A stretch of 64,000 bases of DNA from an uncultured Candidatus Saccharibacteria bacterium (GTDB lineage Bacteria; Patescibacteriota; Minisyncoccia; UBA6257; GWB1-50-10): assembly GCA_964365955.1 (NCBI GenBank), contig CAYISA010000003.1, positions 677 to 64,676 of the forward strand, written 5' to 3'. Positions 27,256-36,387 of this stretch are shown here, piece by piece. The notes under the pieces were generated by a model. The model saw only the letters and a program-made list of their open reading frames with translations. It ran no database searches and was not told the DNA's origin. Position numbers and translations under genes: made by a program. The first letter of the stretch is position 1; each line of letters opens with the position of its first letter.

Positions 27256-27657
27256 TCAATAAACTCCCCGATAGGACTTAAAACCGTCTGTCAAAACGAC
27301 ATTAGAATCAATCGTCTGCCGAGCAAATATAAGCACGCTATCAATCATATTGCGTATCTGCGGAGGAGCTGAGGAAAAACAAGATATTCTAAGATGCAGA
27401 AGCTTAAGATGTAAGTCTTCCAACTGCTTTCGCGTTTGACGTAAACCTCCGATTTCATGCTCTCGGCGAATGAGTTCTAAAACTGCTTCCTGTTGTGTTC
27501 GGTCTAGAACCTGGCCGGGCTCCACTGCAGATTTATTCCCCTCTTTTGTAACCCGATCAACCTTCTTGTCTGTATCCCCACACCCCGTCAGAAACCACAG
27601 CAGAAATAACGTACTGAGTCCGATAATCAAGATCCACAAGCTGGATTTACAACGCAT
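27256..27657 (-). CDS. Putative lipoprotein
   Basis: Signal peptide with an LTGC lipobox. Confidence 0.45.
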   Translation of the reverse strand: MRCKSSLWILIIGLSTLFLLWFLTGCGDTDKKVDRVTKEGNKSAVEPGQVLDRTQQEAVLELIRREHEIGGLRQTRKQLEDLHLKLLHLRISCFSSAPPQIRNMIDSVLIFARQTIDSNVVLTDGFKSYRGVY

Positions 27658-27746
27658 AACCTATCTCCTATGACGTTTAAAGAAAACTGTTTCTAGAGTA
27701 CCGCTCGCCATGCCAGACGTCAAACGATAACCCCTTTGTGGGGATT

Positions 27747-28130
27747 TTATAGCAGTTGCTGGACTTCACGAAGTATCTCCTGCGGAACAGGGTCGCGCTC
27801 GGGACTCTCGCCCGGATAGCGCCACGCCGTGATGATTTTTATGCGCGCATTGTTGGGTTGCCATTTCTTGAACGGCGTTTCTTCCGTTCCCAGTTTCTTA
27901 TTGATCGTTTCCTGCTTTTTCTCCAGTCGATACATCACCCACAACTCCTGCGGATGTTTGCCGTCGGATTTTTGCATCACCGCGACCGTGTCGGGCGCAA
28001 TACCTTCTTCGGTGCGCTTCGGATACCGGATAATGCGCTTAATCCGGCTCTCCGAGAGTCCGTAATACTGCATCTTTTCGAACACATGGTGTGTCCAGGA
28101 ATACCGCGCGTCATCCTTCGGAATCTTCAT
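27747..28130 (-). CDS. Hypothetical protein (127 aa)
   Basis: ORF with plausible codon usage and no recognisable motif. Confidence 0.4.
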   Translation of the reverse strand: MKIPKDDARYSWTHHVFEKMQYYGLSESRIKRIIRYPKRTEEGIAPDTVAVMQKSDGKHPQELWVMYRLEKKQETINKKLGTEETPFKKWQPNNARIKIITAWRYPGESPERDPVPQEILREVQQLL

Positions 28131-28157
28131 GGTTAATCTCTAACGGGATTCATGATC

Positions 28158-28613
28158 TTACTTCCGTTCGTAGATGCCGGTAATCGAGGTCTTCGCCAAA
28201 ATATGCCCCGCGATCGCATCTTCAAGTTCCGCACGCTTTGCGCCCGCCGCCAACGTTAATATTGTATCGAGCGCATAGAGCGTAAACCGATAGTGATGAG
28301 GATCGTTTCCCCGCGGCGGACACGGGCCTCCCCATTTAGAGTGTCCCGCGCCGCTTAGGCCTTGAAAGGCGCCCGCAGGAATACTGTCCTCCGACAGGTA
28401 CTGGGTTTTTCCGTCGATGTTCCATACAAGCCAATGATCCCAAACTCCGCCGGGTGCATCGGGATCATCCACAATCAGCGCAAAGCTTTTTGTGTTGGGG
28501 GGAGCATCCCGGATTTCCAAAAAGGGATTTACGTCGTCTCCGTCGCAGGTGTGACGCGCGGGAATAATTCCACCATCCTTGAACGCAGTACTTTTAAGCG
28601 CAAAATTTCCCAT
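28158..28613 (-). CDS. YbhB/YbcL family protein (PEBP / Raf-kinase-inhibitor-like)
   Basis: DPDAPGG..HW..WNI and HHYRFTLYALD signatures of the PEBP family. Confidence 0.85.
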   Translation of the reverse strand: MGNFALKSTAFKDGGIIPARHTCDGDDVNPFLEIRDAPPNTKSFALIVDDPDAPGGVWDHWLVWNIDGKTQYLSEDSIPAGAFQGLSGAGHSKWGGPCPPRGNDPHHYRFTLYALDTILTLAAGAKRAELEDAIAGHILAKTSITGIYERK

Positions 28614-28658
28614 GCACCCACTATAACAAAAACCCCTTGGTATCCCAAGGGGTAAGCG

Positions 28659-29228
28659 TTAATCATCTACCACGCGAAACTGTGTGGCTCGTATCCCGGT
28701 CGGATCTGCGCGCACGAATTCGAATAACTTCAGCATGTCGGGAATTGAAATCCCTACGCATCCTTTTGAGATCGCCTGGCCGATGGTTTCACTGCATGTT
28801 ACGGAGTGGATACTAAATCGCTCTTCTCCTTCTGTTTTCAGATGGCGCCGTTCCACTATTTTACGGGGCAGAAAAATGAAATCATAATGCAACATCAGTG
28901 CGCGCATTTTCTTATAATTCACGCGAACCTTGCCACCGGCACACTCTGCCGAATCCACCAGTTGGCCCTGCTTCGGTCCAGGATCCACAAACCGAAAGAT
29001 GGGGCGGTTCCTCTTTTCGCCGATGTACCCACATCCGAGCGGCGTAGGAAAGTTTCTTTTCCCCACGCGGACAGGAGCGGCAAAAACAATGGAATCGTTT
29101 CTTACAAACTCCAAAAAACGGCTTTTCCGATGAATAACAATCGTTCCGTATCCACCCGCCTTTGCGACTTCACACAGCGCAACAAAAACCAGAACGCAAA
29201 TAACATACATCCGCACTCTTCGCCACAT
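28659..29228 (-). CDS. L,D-transpeptidase family protein (YkuD-like)
   Basis: Signal peptide. YGTIVIHRK...SKGCVGI resembles the YkuD catalytic His/Cys region. Confidence 0.5.
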   Translation of the reverse strand: MWRRVRMYVICVLVFVALCEVAKAGGYGTIVIHRKSRFLEFVRNDSIVFAAPVRVGKRNFPTPLGCGYIGEKRNRPIFRFVDPGPKQGQLVDSAECAGGKVRVNYKKMRALMLHYDFIFLPRKIVERRHLKTEGEERFSIHSVTCSETIGQAISKGCVGISIPDMLKLFEFVRADPTGIRATQFRVVDD

Positions 29229-29285
29229 ATCTTCCTTTCCCGCCAGTTTTTAAATGTAATAGAACTCTTATAATTATAACTGATT

Positions 29286-30389
29286 ATGGCGCTCGCAATC
29301 TACCGAAAATATCGTCCCACAACGTTTGAGGATTTATTGGGGCAAGAAATCACCGTGCGGATTTTGAAAGAAGCAGCTCGGCAAGACAAGCTGGCGCATG
29401 CGTATTTATTTGCGGGTCCGCGCGGCACGGGCAAAACGACCACTGCGCGCCTTGTCGCAAAAATCGCGAACTGCGAAAAACGCGCGAGTGATAAAAAGTT
29501 CAAAGAGATCGGGGAACCGTGCAATCTATGCGCCGCTTGCAAAGCTATTGATGAGGGCCGCGCTCTGGACGTAATCGAAATTGACGCCGCAACCAACCGC
29601 GGCATTGATGAAATTCGGGAACTGAAAGAAAATATCCGCGTTGCTCCTTCCCTGCTCCGCTATAAGGTATTTATCATCGACGAGGCACACCAACTTACCA
29701 AGGAGGGCTCTAATGCGCTTTTAAAGACGCTCGAGGAACCGCCCGCGCACGCGCTTCTTATCCTTGCAACCACGGATCCCGAAAAATTATTGGCAACGAT
29801 CGTATCGCGTACCCAGCAGTTTTATTTCAAACGCGCTCCAGTAGGTCAGATCGCCATAAAATTAAAACGTATCGCGCAAAAAGAAAAAGTGGAGATAACG
29901 CCTGACGCGCTTGAGTTGGTTGCTTCTTCCGCCGAAGGTAGCTTCCGCGACGCCGAATCCCTATTTGACCAGCTCATCGCGTTCGGCGATCAGAGAATAA
30001 CGCTTTCGGATGTGGAATCCATGATCGGCAAAGTCGGCTTCGATACGCTTTCTGCGTTTGCGGAACTCCTTTTCCGGAAAAAAATGCCCGAAGCCATCCA
30101 CGAACTTTCCCGTATTTTTGATGGTGGCCACAACATCGTGCAGTTCACAAAAGACCTGATTGAGTACGTCCGGCGTGTGGCGGTATTAAAATATAACCCA
30201 CGTATGGTGGAGATGTTCAAAAACGAGCTGATGGAGGAACATATCGGAAAAATGATCGAACACGCGAAACTTTTTACTGACGCGCATCTCACACTCCTAA
30301 AATCGCTTATCCATGCCTATTCCCAGATGCGCTATAGCCAGTTTCCGATTATTCCGCTCGAAGTGGCAATTATTGAAACGTTAAAGTAG
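29286..30389 (+). CDS. dnaX: DNA polymerase III subunit gamma/tau (short form, 367 aa)
   Basis: AAA+ Walker A GPRGTGKTT, DEAH-like IIDEAH, sensor motifs. It lacks the tau C-terminal domains. Confidence 0.9.
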   Translation: MALAIYRKYRPTTFEDLLGQEITVRILKEAARQDKLAHAYLFAGPRGTGKTTTARLVAKIANCEKRASDKKFKEIGEPCNLCAACKAIDEGRALDVIEIDAATNRGIDEIRELKENIRVAPSLLRYKVFIIDEAHQLTKEGSNALLKTLEEPPAHALLILATTDPEKLLATIVSRTQQFYFKRAPVGQIAIKLKRIAQKEKVEITPDALELVASSAEGSFRDAESLFDQLIAFGDQRITLSDVESMIGKVGFDTLSAFAELLFRKKMPEAIHELSRIFDGGHNIVQFTKDLIEYVRRVAVLKYNPRMVEMFKNELMEEHIGKMIEHAKLFTDAHLTLLKSLIHAYSQMRYSQFPIIPLEVAIIETLK

Positions 30390-30402
30390 GATAAATATCG
30401 TT

Positions 30403-30473
30403 TGGGGGGTGGTGTAAAGGTAGCACGTCAGGCTTTGAACCTGAAAATTGGGGTTCGACTCCCTGCCCCCCAG
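30403..30473 (+). tRNA. tRNA-Gln (anticodon UUG)
   Basis: Cloverleaf: acceptor t/gggggg..cccccc/a, U8, anticodon stem tcagg/cctga with loop cTTTGaa, T-arm tgggg-TTCGACT-ccctg. CCA is not encoded. Confidence 0.8.
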
Positions 30474-30641
30474 CACTTAGTTTTTCTTAGCGAAGAATGA
30501 GTTTAGAAAAACAAGCGCTCCGATTGATCCGCCGGCTGGCGGAGAGCATCGGAGCCAACTCGTGATAGGTTATCCCGCTCGAGACGCGTCGAGGGAAATT
30601 TACTGTGATTTTTTGTCACAGAAGTGTAAAATCAAATTGTT

Positions 30642-31352
30642 ATGGACGCTCCAAACAAAGGTAAAAATAACGGCGGCATAGTCTATATTTTGACTAATGA
30701 GGCAATGCGTGGCTACATCAAAATTGGAAAGACAACAACCTCCGTCGAACAAAGAATCTTGGAACTATCTCGGTCATCAGCGGTTCCGTTACCGTTTGAG
30801 TGTTATTACGCCGCTCGCGTTTCTGATATGAATGATATTGAAGAAGCACTCCACGATGCTTTTGGGGATCATCGCATAAACCCAAGAAGGGAATTTTTTG
30901 ACATCGCCCCAGAACGCGTTGTGGCTATTCTTAGACGTTTTGCAACTGAGGAAGTAACCCCTTCTCGTACGGCAGGCATAGAATCTAGAGAAGATGCTGT
31001 TGCGCTTGAAAAAGCAAAGAAAAGAAAGTCCGCTTTTAACTTTAAGATGTTGGATATTCCAGCTGGTACAGAGCTGAAATTTATACGCGATGAGAAGGTT
31101 ACGTGCAGTGTAGCTCCAGACCAAAAACACGTGATTTTTAAAGAAAAAGAAATGTCCTCTTCTGAGGCTGCAGCGCAAGTGTTGGGAAGTAAATGGTGGC
31201 CCGCAGGATCAGATTATTGGACATATGACGGTGAAATTTTAAGTGAACGACGGATACGTCTGGAAGAGGGCGATGAACCCTCAGAGGCCGAAATTGATGC
31301 TGCTGGCGATGCTTGGATACAAAACCAGCTCGATCAAGAAAGAGGGAAATAA
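30642..31352 (+). CDS. GIY-YIG / T5orf172-domain protein with a C-terminal DUF4357-like region
   Basis: GGIVYILTNEAMRGYIKIGKTT matches the T5orf172/GIY-YIG core. AT-rich. Lies 170 nt downstream of tRNA-Gln. Confidence 0.6.
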   Translation: MDAPNKGKNNGGIVYILTNEAMRGYIKIGKTTTSVEQRILELSRSSAVPLPFECYYAARVSDMNDIEEALHDAFGDHRINPRREFFDIAPERVVAILRRFATEEVTPSRTAGIESREDAVALEKAKKRKSAFNFKMLDIPAGTELKFIRDEKVTCSVAPDQKHVIFKEKEMSSSEAAAQVLGSKWWPAGSDYWTYDGEILSERRIRLEEGDEPSEAEIDAAGDAWIQNQLDQERGK

Positions 31353-31356
31353 TTTT

Positions 31357-31966
31357 ATGCACAATTCAACTCCCTACAAAGGCAAACCAACTTCCGAATG
31401 GCTTTCCATCACAAAAAATCTTATTGAAGCACATCCACTTAATTCAAAGGATATTGTTTCAATTGTTCAAAGATCCTGGGATCAAATATTCTCGGGTAAA
31501 ATTGGTGGGGTAATTAAAATCGGAGAAGAAATTACCTTAACTCCTCAAATGGTGGGTAATTTTTTGCATGTACTTGTAGCTCATAACTTATCCACAGAAG
31601 CACCAAAATTATGGAGAATAGAAGCTACAACCGATGAAAAGGACATTGTTTATATACCTGATAGTTTCTTCTCATTTGAAATGAAAAGCTCTTCTAGTAA
31701 AAATGATATTTATGGTAATAGGAGTTACGGACAACAATTAACAAACGCTAATAGCAAAAAAAGCGAAGGATGGGTACTATCTCTCTGTTAATTTTACAAA
31801 GCCAATCAAAGGTGAGAAGTCGTATATAACAAAGATAAAGTTTGGTTGGCTAGATCACACAGATTGGATAGCTCAAACAGCCGCAACTGGTCAACAATCA
31901 AGACTTACTCCGGAGGCGAAAAAGCAATCGTGGCTTACGGGTACGCCAAGAGTGCTACTCCCATAA
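31357..31966 (+). pseudogene. PD-(D/E)XK endonuclease-like protein, frameshifted in an A7 run (or a sequencing error)
   Basis: IVYIPDSFFSFEMK gives D-x6-E-x-K. The ORF stops at 31791, but the +1 frame continues coherently (KDGYYLSVNFTKPIKGEKSYITKIKFGWLDHTDW...) from the A7 run at 31756-31762 to a TAA at 31964-31966, where a terminator follows. Confidence 0.45.
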
Positions 31967-31968
31967 AG

Positions 31969-31992
31969 AACTTCCCGCGCGGGAGTTTTTTG
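31969..31992 (+). terminator. Rho-independent terminator
   Basis: cttcccgc/gcgggag palindrome followed by TTTTTT. Confidence 0.5.
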
Positions 31993-32005
31993 TTATACTC
32001 AAGAC

Positions 32006-32203
32006 ATGAAAAGAAAATCACTGGGCGACGTCCTTGAAATTGACGACGTAGAATATCTCATTACCGCCGATGCACTTGAGGCGCTAGCGAAAGATGCGGA
32101 ATTAATTCCTTTAGTAAGGCTTTTCGATAAAGAAATATTTATGATTACGAAAGAAAAACTCGAAAAGACTCCGGTGATTGATCACCTGGATCGAAAGTCC
32201 TGA
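32006..32203 (+). CDS. Small hypothetical protein (65 aa)
   Basis: ORF only, with no clear RBS. Confidence 0.25.
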   Translation: MKRKSLGDVLEIDDVEYLITADALEALAKDAELIPLVRLFDKEIFMITKEKLEKTPVIDHLDRKS

Positions 32204-32254
32204 CTTTTTTGCGGGCATAGCTCAAGTCGGCCAGCCACTCTACATAAAGCAGGT

Positions 32255-34333
32255 CTATTCCGCCCGTTCGAATCGCTCCATCTCCCATACTTCCTCGCCG
32301 ATATGTTTTTTTACCGACTCCAGATCTTCAAGGAGTTTTCTCTCGCGCTTTTTTTCTTCTTCCGCAAATGTTCCTTTCAACCTTAACCGGTGAATTACGG
32401 CGAGTTCCGATTCGATATCGCGGCGCACAATCGCAAATCCGCGTCGGATGGACTCTTCCGCCTCTTTTATCTTTTGTAAAAGCAAACGGCGCTTTTTATG
32501 TCCTGCGCGAAAATGGTAAAAAATAAACGCAACAACTCCCAATAAAATCAGAAGGAGCACCAACGAGATAACCAGGTACACAACCTCCGCGCTGAAACGG
32601 GACGCACCCAGATGCAAGGATGTGCGCGAAACGGTCAGTTGAAACTGGGGACTCGGCGGACTTAGATCATTTCCTATTTTCGCCTGCATCCATAACAAAT
32701 ACTTGCCCGCGGCTAAAAAGGTTGGATGGGAATAGAACCAGTTGCCTACTTTATCGGCGGTGACGGTTTCGCTTAAAACCTCCCCGCTCTGCGGATTTTG
32801 AAGATACACAATTACATCACTGCGCGGCGCTTCCGTTTTACCGCCGATGTAGAATAGCTCTTCATCCGAAACATCTTTTGAAAAAACGTTCACAAGTGGC
32901 GGAGCAATCGGGGAATCGGACTGCGCATTTGCAAATCGCCCCCACATAATAAACGAGCCAGCGATCAGGAGAATAAGAATGGCTTTTGCATACTCTTTTT
33001 GTTTCGCCTTCAACTGCGCCATACGGTCTTTAATAATCGGGTCATCCAAAATATTGGAATTTAACTTAAAATGTGCGTGATGATGACTACGCCAAACTTT
33101 CCACGCAATCCACCCGAACAAAACCAGTAGCACGCCGATGATCATCCACAAGGTTGCCCATGAAATCGTGATGACCCCGCCCTGAACCAAAAGACCTTCG
33201 CTGTTTACAAACTGAAATATTGAATTCACCATTTCAAGCCGGAGCGTGGAGTCGGTGATGTTCCCCGCATGATCCGTTACGCGCACAATTACGTCATAGT
33301 TTCCAAGCGCCAGCTCCGGCATATAAGGACTGGAGGTTTCGATAAAAAACGTTTGGTCGCCTCCGTTCACATTCGGTTTCAAAATAGAATTTTGCGCGTT
33401 GGTGAGGGAGATGATTTTTATTTCATAGTGATCGACGCCGGATAAATTATCGGTGGTAATGAAAGAAAGGATGGGTTTGGTATCTGACGTACGCCGACTC
33501 GGGGAAACTTCGATGGGGAATTGCGCCGGCGGAGTCGCATCTATTTTTACCGCGTAATGCGTGGCACCTCCCCATACGCCGTCCCGCAGTGTCTTAATGT
33601 GAAAATAATAGACACTGTCCGGAACGTTTTTAAAGGAAACACTCCGCCGCGTGCCTTCAGAAATATCGTCCGGAACATCGGTCGGATTCCGGTTGAGGAT
33701 ATAACTTACCTCTCCTACCGCTTCGTTATTCCCTCCCCAATTGAAAGAGATATTGTTGGAGTTGTACCACCTCTCCTGATCCGGATGCGTGGGAGAAACA
33801 ACGATTGGACCTTCTGGCGGTGGCAAGGTCAGTGTATAAATCCCGTTCGTGGTTTTATTCAAAATATCCGTTCCGCGTCCGTCATTCAGCAGTACGCGAG
33901 ATTTGTCGGAAAATTTGATAAGAACCGTTCCGGCCGATTTTACACGGAACGTTACGGTAGAAATAAGACCGGCGTCCGTATTGATGCCGGGCGCGGGAAC
34001 GACTCCTTGAAAATGTAGTGAACCCTGCGCGTTCGAAAACGTAGGAGCCACCATCCACACCTGAATGAAAGATGAAGCGGCGGACGGTGAGACCACTTGG
34101 AGTTTATCGGGAGGAAACAAAATTTCCGCATCTACCGCGTTAATAAAATGGTCGGCGGTATTCAAATAAAACGAAATACTGAACGTGTTCCCTACCGTAA
34201 AAGAACCCGAAGCGGGCGCGATATAAAGAGAGGCGCCATTTTTAGTATCCGCTCCAAATGAAATAGCCGGTAGAAAAAAAACGACGCTAAATACAATGAG
34301 GAATACCCTGCCCCAGAACTTCATTGATTCCAT
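32255..34333 (-). CDS. Cohesin-domain cell-surface protein with internal TM segments
   Basis: Signal peptide. Cohesin-like module (LYIAPASGSFTVGNTFSISFYLNTADHFINAVDAEILFPPDKLQVV). Ig/fibronectin-like repeats. Two TM helices and a coiled-coil tail. Confidence 0.55.
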   Translation of the reverse strand: MESMKFWGRVFLIVFSVVFFLPAISFGADTKNGASLYIAPASGSFTVGNTFSISFYLNTADHFINAVDAEILFPPDKLQVVSPSAASSFIQVWMVAPTFSNAQGSLHFQGVVPAPGINTDAGLISTVTFRVKSAGTVLIKFSDKSRVLLNDGRGTDILNKTTNGIYTLTLPPPEGPIVVSPTHPDQERWYNSNNISFNWGGNNEAVGEVSYILNRNPTDVPDDISEGTRRSVSFKNVPDSVYYFHIKTLRDGVWGGATHYAVKIDATPPAQFPIEVSPSRRTSDTKPILSFITTDNLSGVDHYEIKIISLTNAQNSILKPNVNGGDQTFFIETSSPYMPELALGNYDVIVRVTDHAGNITDSTLRLEMVNSIFQFVNSEGLLVQGGVITISWATLWMIIGVLLVLFGWIAWKVWRSHHHAHFKLNSNILDDPIIKDRMAQLKAKQKEYAKAILILLIAGSFIMWGRFANAQSDSPIAPPLVNVFSKDVSDEELFYIGGKTEAPRSDVIVYLQNPQSGEVLSETVTADKVGNWFYSHPTFLAAGKYLLWMQAKIGNDLSPPSPQFQLTVSRTSLHLGASRFSAEVVYLVISLVLLLILLGVVAFIFYHFRAGHKKRRLLLQKIKEAEESIRRGFAIVRRDIESELAVIHRLRLKGTFAEEEKKRERKLLEDLESVKKHIGEEVWEMERFERAE

Positions 34334-34358
34334 AATAACACAAGCAACTGGTGGTGTA

Positions 34359-35300
34359 CTAACCTCTTTTTTGTGCTCTGTAAAACCGTCTTAATCCCCA
34401 CAAACCTACTGTGATGAGCAGAAAAATGCTCGTTCCCAAAGCCCAAAGAGAAGAAACCTTCTCCGCTTCTCCGTTTCTCGGTGGAAGCTCTACTACTCTT
34501 TCATCCCCCGCAAAATCAACAGCGCGAACATAAATATAACTTTTAAGCGTCTGATCTAAAAGGATGACGGGGCTCGTTGCTTGATTCCAAACCTTCTCCC
34601 CAATCCCTTGCATGCGTCGAGGAGACTCTGCGATTGCATACGACGCTACTCCGCTTTCTTTGTCATGAGTTTGAAATACAACAAACCATTTCCCTTCTGC
34701 CACTGTTTCGTCCCTGCTAATTTTAGGTATAAAACTTTCCGGAGGATTTTTGTCGGGGGGAATACTCTCTGTCGGCAACACAAGAGTATAACTCGGTGAA
34801 TCTACGCGAACCGAAATAATGCGCGGTCCAAAAGAAATGGCAGTACCCTTTCCGTCGTTTAAAAATACCTTTGTCGCTTCCGTACGTATTGTGCCCAGCC
34901 CCCGCTGTACTGCCTCAAAAACGAGTGTAAATAGTCCCCCTGGTAATAGCCCCGTACGGTAGGGGTCTTGCACGCCAAGAAACCCCCCCGAAAAAATACC
35001 GCCCCACTCCACCGTATCGCCACCCGAAAGACGCGGCGAAACAATCCACGCGCTCACCATAGAACCTCCGGTTTCCACTCGCACCAAACGAAAAAGATCC
35101 GATGGGAATACAACACGCCCTTCTGTGGCGTTAATATTTTGCTGTTCAGGATCGAGCGCAACCTTAACACGTAACACACCGCCTACCTCCGTGCTAGACG
35201 CGGAAGAATCCAGCGCAACACTAGCTGCATATACCGAAGAACTCGAAAAAATGGCCAGTGCGCCCATAAAAACGATGCCAATATATGATAGTTTACTCAT
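34359..35300 (-). CDS. Cohesin-like surface protein with a C-terminal TM anchor
   Basis: Signal peptide (MSKLSYIGIVFMGALAIFSSSSVYA). VLRVKVALDPEQQNINATEGRVVFPSDLFRLV resembles a cohesin. C-terminal TM plus basic tail. Confidence 0.5.
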   Translation of the reverse strand: MSKLSYIGIVFMGALAIFSSSSVYAASVALDSSASSTEVGGVLRVKVALDPEQQNINATEGRVVFPSDLFRLVRVETGGSMVSAWIVSPRLSGGDTVEWGGIFSGGFLGVQDPYRTGLLPGGLFTLVFEAVQRGLGTIRTEATKVFLNDGKGTAISFGPRIISVRVDSPSYTLVLPTESIPPDKNPPESFIPKISRDETVAEGKWFVVFQTHDKESGVASYAIAESPRRMQGIGEKVWNQATSPVILLDQTLKSYIYVRAVDFAGDERVVELPPRNGEAEKVSSLWALGTSIFLLITVGLWGLRRFYRAQKRG

Positions 35301-35304
35301 AACA

Positions 35305-36387
35305 TTATCCGGTCCAATAAAAAGCGAGAATGCTAAAATCTGCCATTGTGATTTTTCCGTCTTTATCAAAATCAATTTTTGAGGGCGGCGCCAAACGTTG
35401 ATACCAGTATGCCAGAATAGAGAAATCGGTAATATCAACGTGTTTATCTCCATTCATATCCCCTTGTGGCACGCCAGAACCGGAAACGATGTTCTTCGTT
35501 TCTGATCCTACGGAAAATTGAACCATTATACTGTCTGCACTCATTTCTTCCGAAAAACGGCTCTTTGTGCGAATGGCATAGTTCCCGTTTTTCAAAGCGG
35601 AAGTGCCAACGGAATAGATGTAATTCCCTTCCGTATCGGAAACTACAGTGAATGCTTTTTCCGTGTCGGACAAGAACGAAATAATAACCTCGCTATTAGG
35701 AAAACTCTTTCCCCGAACGGTTACATTGTCTCCGCGACGTACTTCACTGCGATCAATCGCGATCGTGGGTGAAAGAAAAATATTTGCCACATTCGTGACA
35801 GCACCCGGCGTTACCACAAGAGAAAGCGAAAACAAACCGGAGTGCATCTCTTGGTTATCTTCCGCACTCACCCCAAAAAGATATGTCCCTTTCGGCAACT
35901 CGCTCATCAAAAATCGAAATTGTGCATCATTCCCCGCAATCGTTGTGGTCGCCACACTGCCATCTTTTAACAAGTGCACGCGACTGCGCGGATAAGCACG
36001 TCCCGTAAAAACAACCGTACCTTTTGCTGTCGTGTCCAAAACAACTCCTACACCACGCGGCGCGGGCAAGGAAACTCCGGACTCGTCGTTATCGTTTGAA
36101 TCGACACAATCACTGTCCGCAGGATAGTCAATCGCGCCATCGCCGTCATTATCACTGCCGTCAGAACATTGCGGCATGGTGACCGTGACAGAAATAATCG
36201 CGGTGGATGCAGAGGCCGGCAAGGAAAAATAAATTCCGTTCTGTGCGATAAAAAAACCGAACGCTACCATCGCGACTAGGATGAACGCATAGATTCCCCC
36301 AAAACGAATTTTATGCACCTTTTCGTCTTCGGATGAACCAGATCGCCCCGATAAGAAGGACAAGAACGCCGCCACCCAATTCTGCAT
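35305..36387 (-). CDS. Dockerin-containing surface protein
   Basis: The C-terminus carries two Ca-binding dockerin repeats (DMNGDKHVDITDFSIL / DFDKDGKITMADFSIL). There is a D-rich CSDGSDNDGDGAIDYPADSDCVDSNDND segment and Ig-like modules. Confidence 0.6.
   Translation of the reverse strand: MQNWVAAFLSFLSGRSGSSEDEKVHKIRFGGIYAFILVAMVAFGFFIAQNGIYFSLPASASTAIISVTVTMPQCSDGSDNDGDGAIDYPADSDCVDSNDNDESGVSLPAPRGVGVVLDTTAKGTVVFTGRAYPRSRVHLLKDGSVATTTIAGNDAQFRFLMSELPKGTYLFGVSAEDNQEMHSGLFSLSLVVTPGAVTNVANIFLSPTIAIDRSEVRRGDNVTVRGKSFPNSEVIISFLSDTEKAFTVVSDTEGNYIYSVGTSALKNGNYAIRTKSRFSEEMSADSIMVQFSVGSETKNIVSGSGVPQGDMNGDKHVDITDFSILAYWYQRLAPPSKIDFDKDGKITMADFSILAFYWTG

Noticed and set aside
31846-32037. 63-aa ORF (MARSHRLDSS...) downstream of the endonuclease-like gene
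   Set aside because: It runs through the terminator hairpin and lies in a different frame from the coherent +1 continuation of the endonuclease gene. Likely spurious.
32215-32290. Possible attR-like repeat of the tRNA-Gln 3' end (cgttcgaatcgctcc versus ggttcgactccctgc) at the right edge of the islet
   Set aside because: Only about 11 of 15 positions match, and it lies inside the 3' end of the cohesin gene. Too weak to call.
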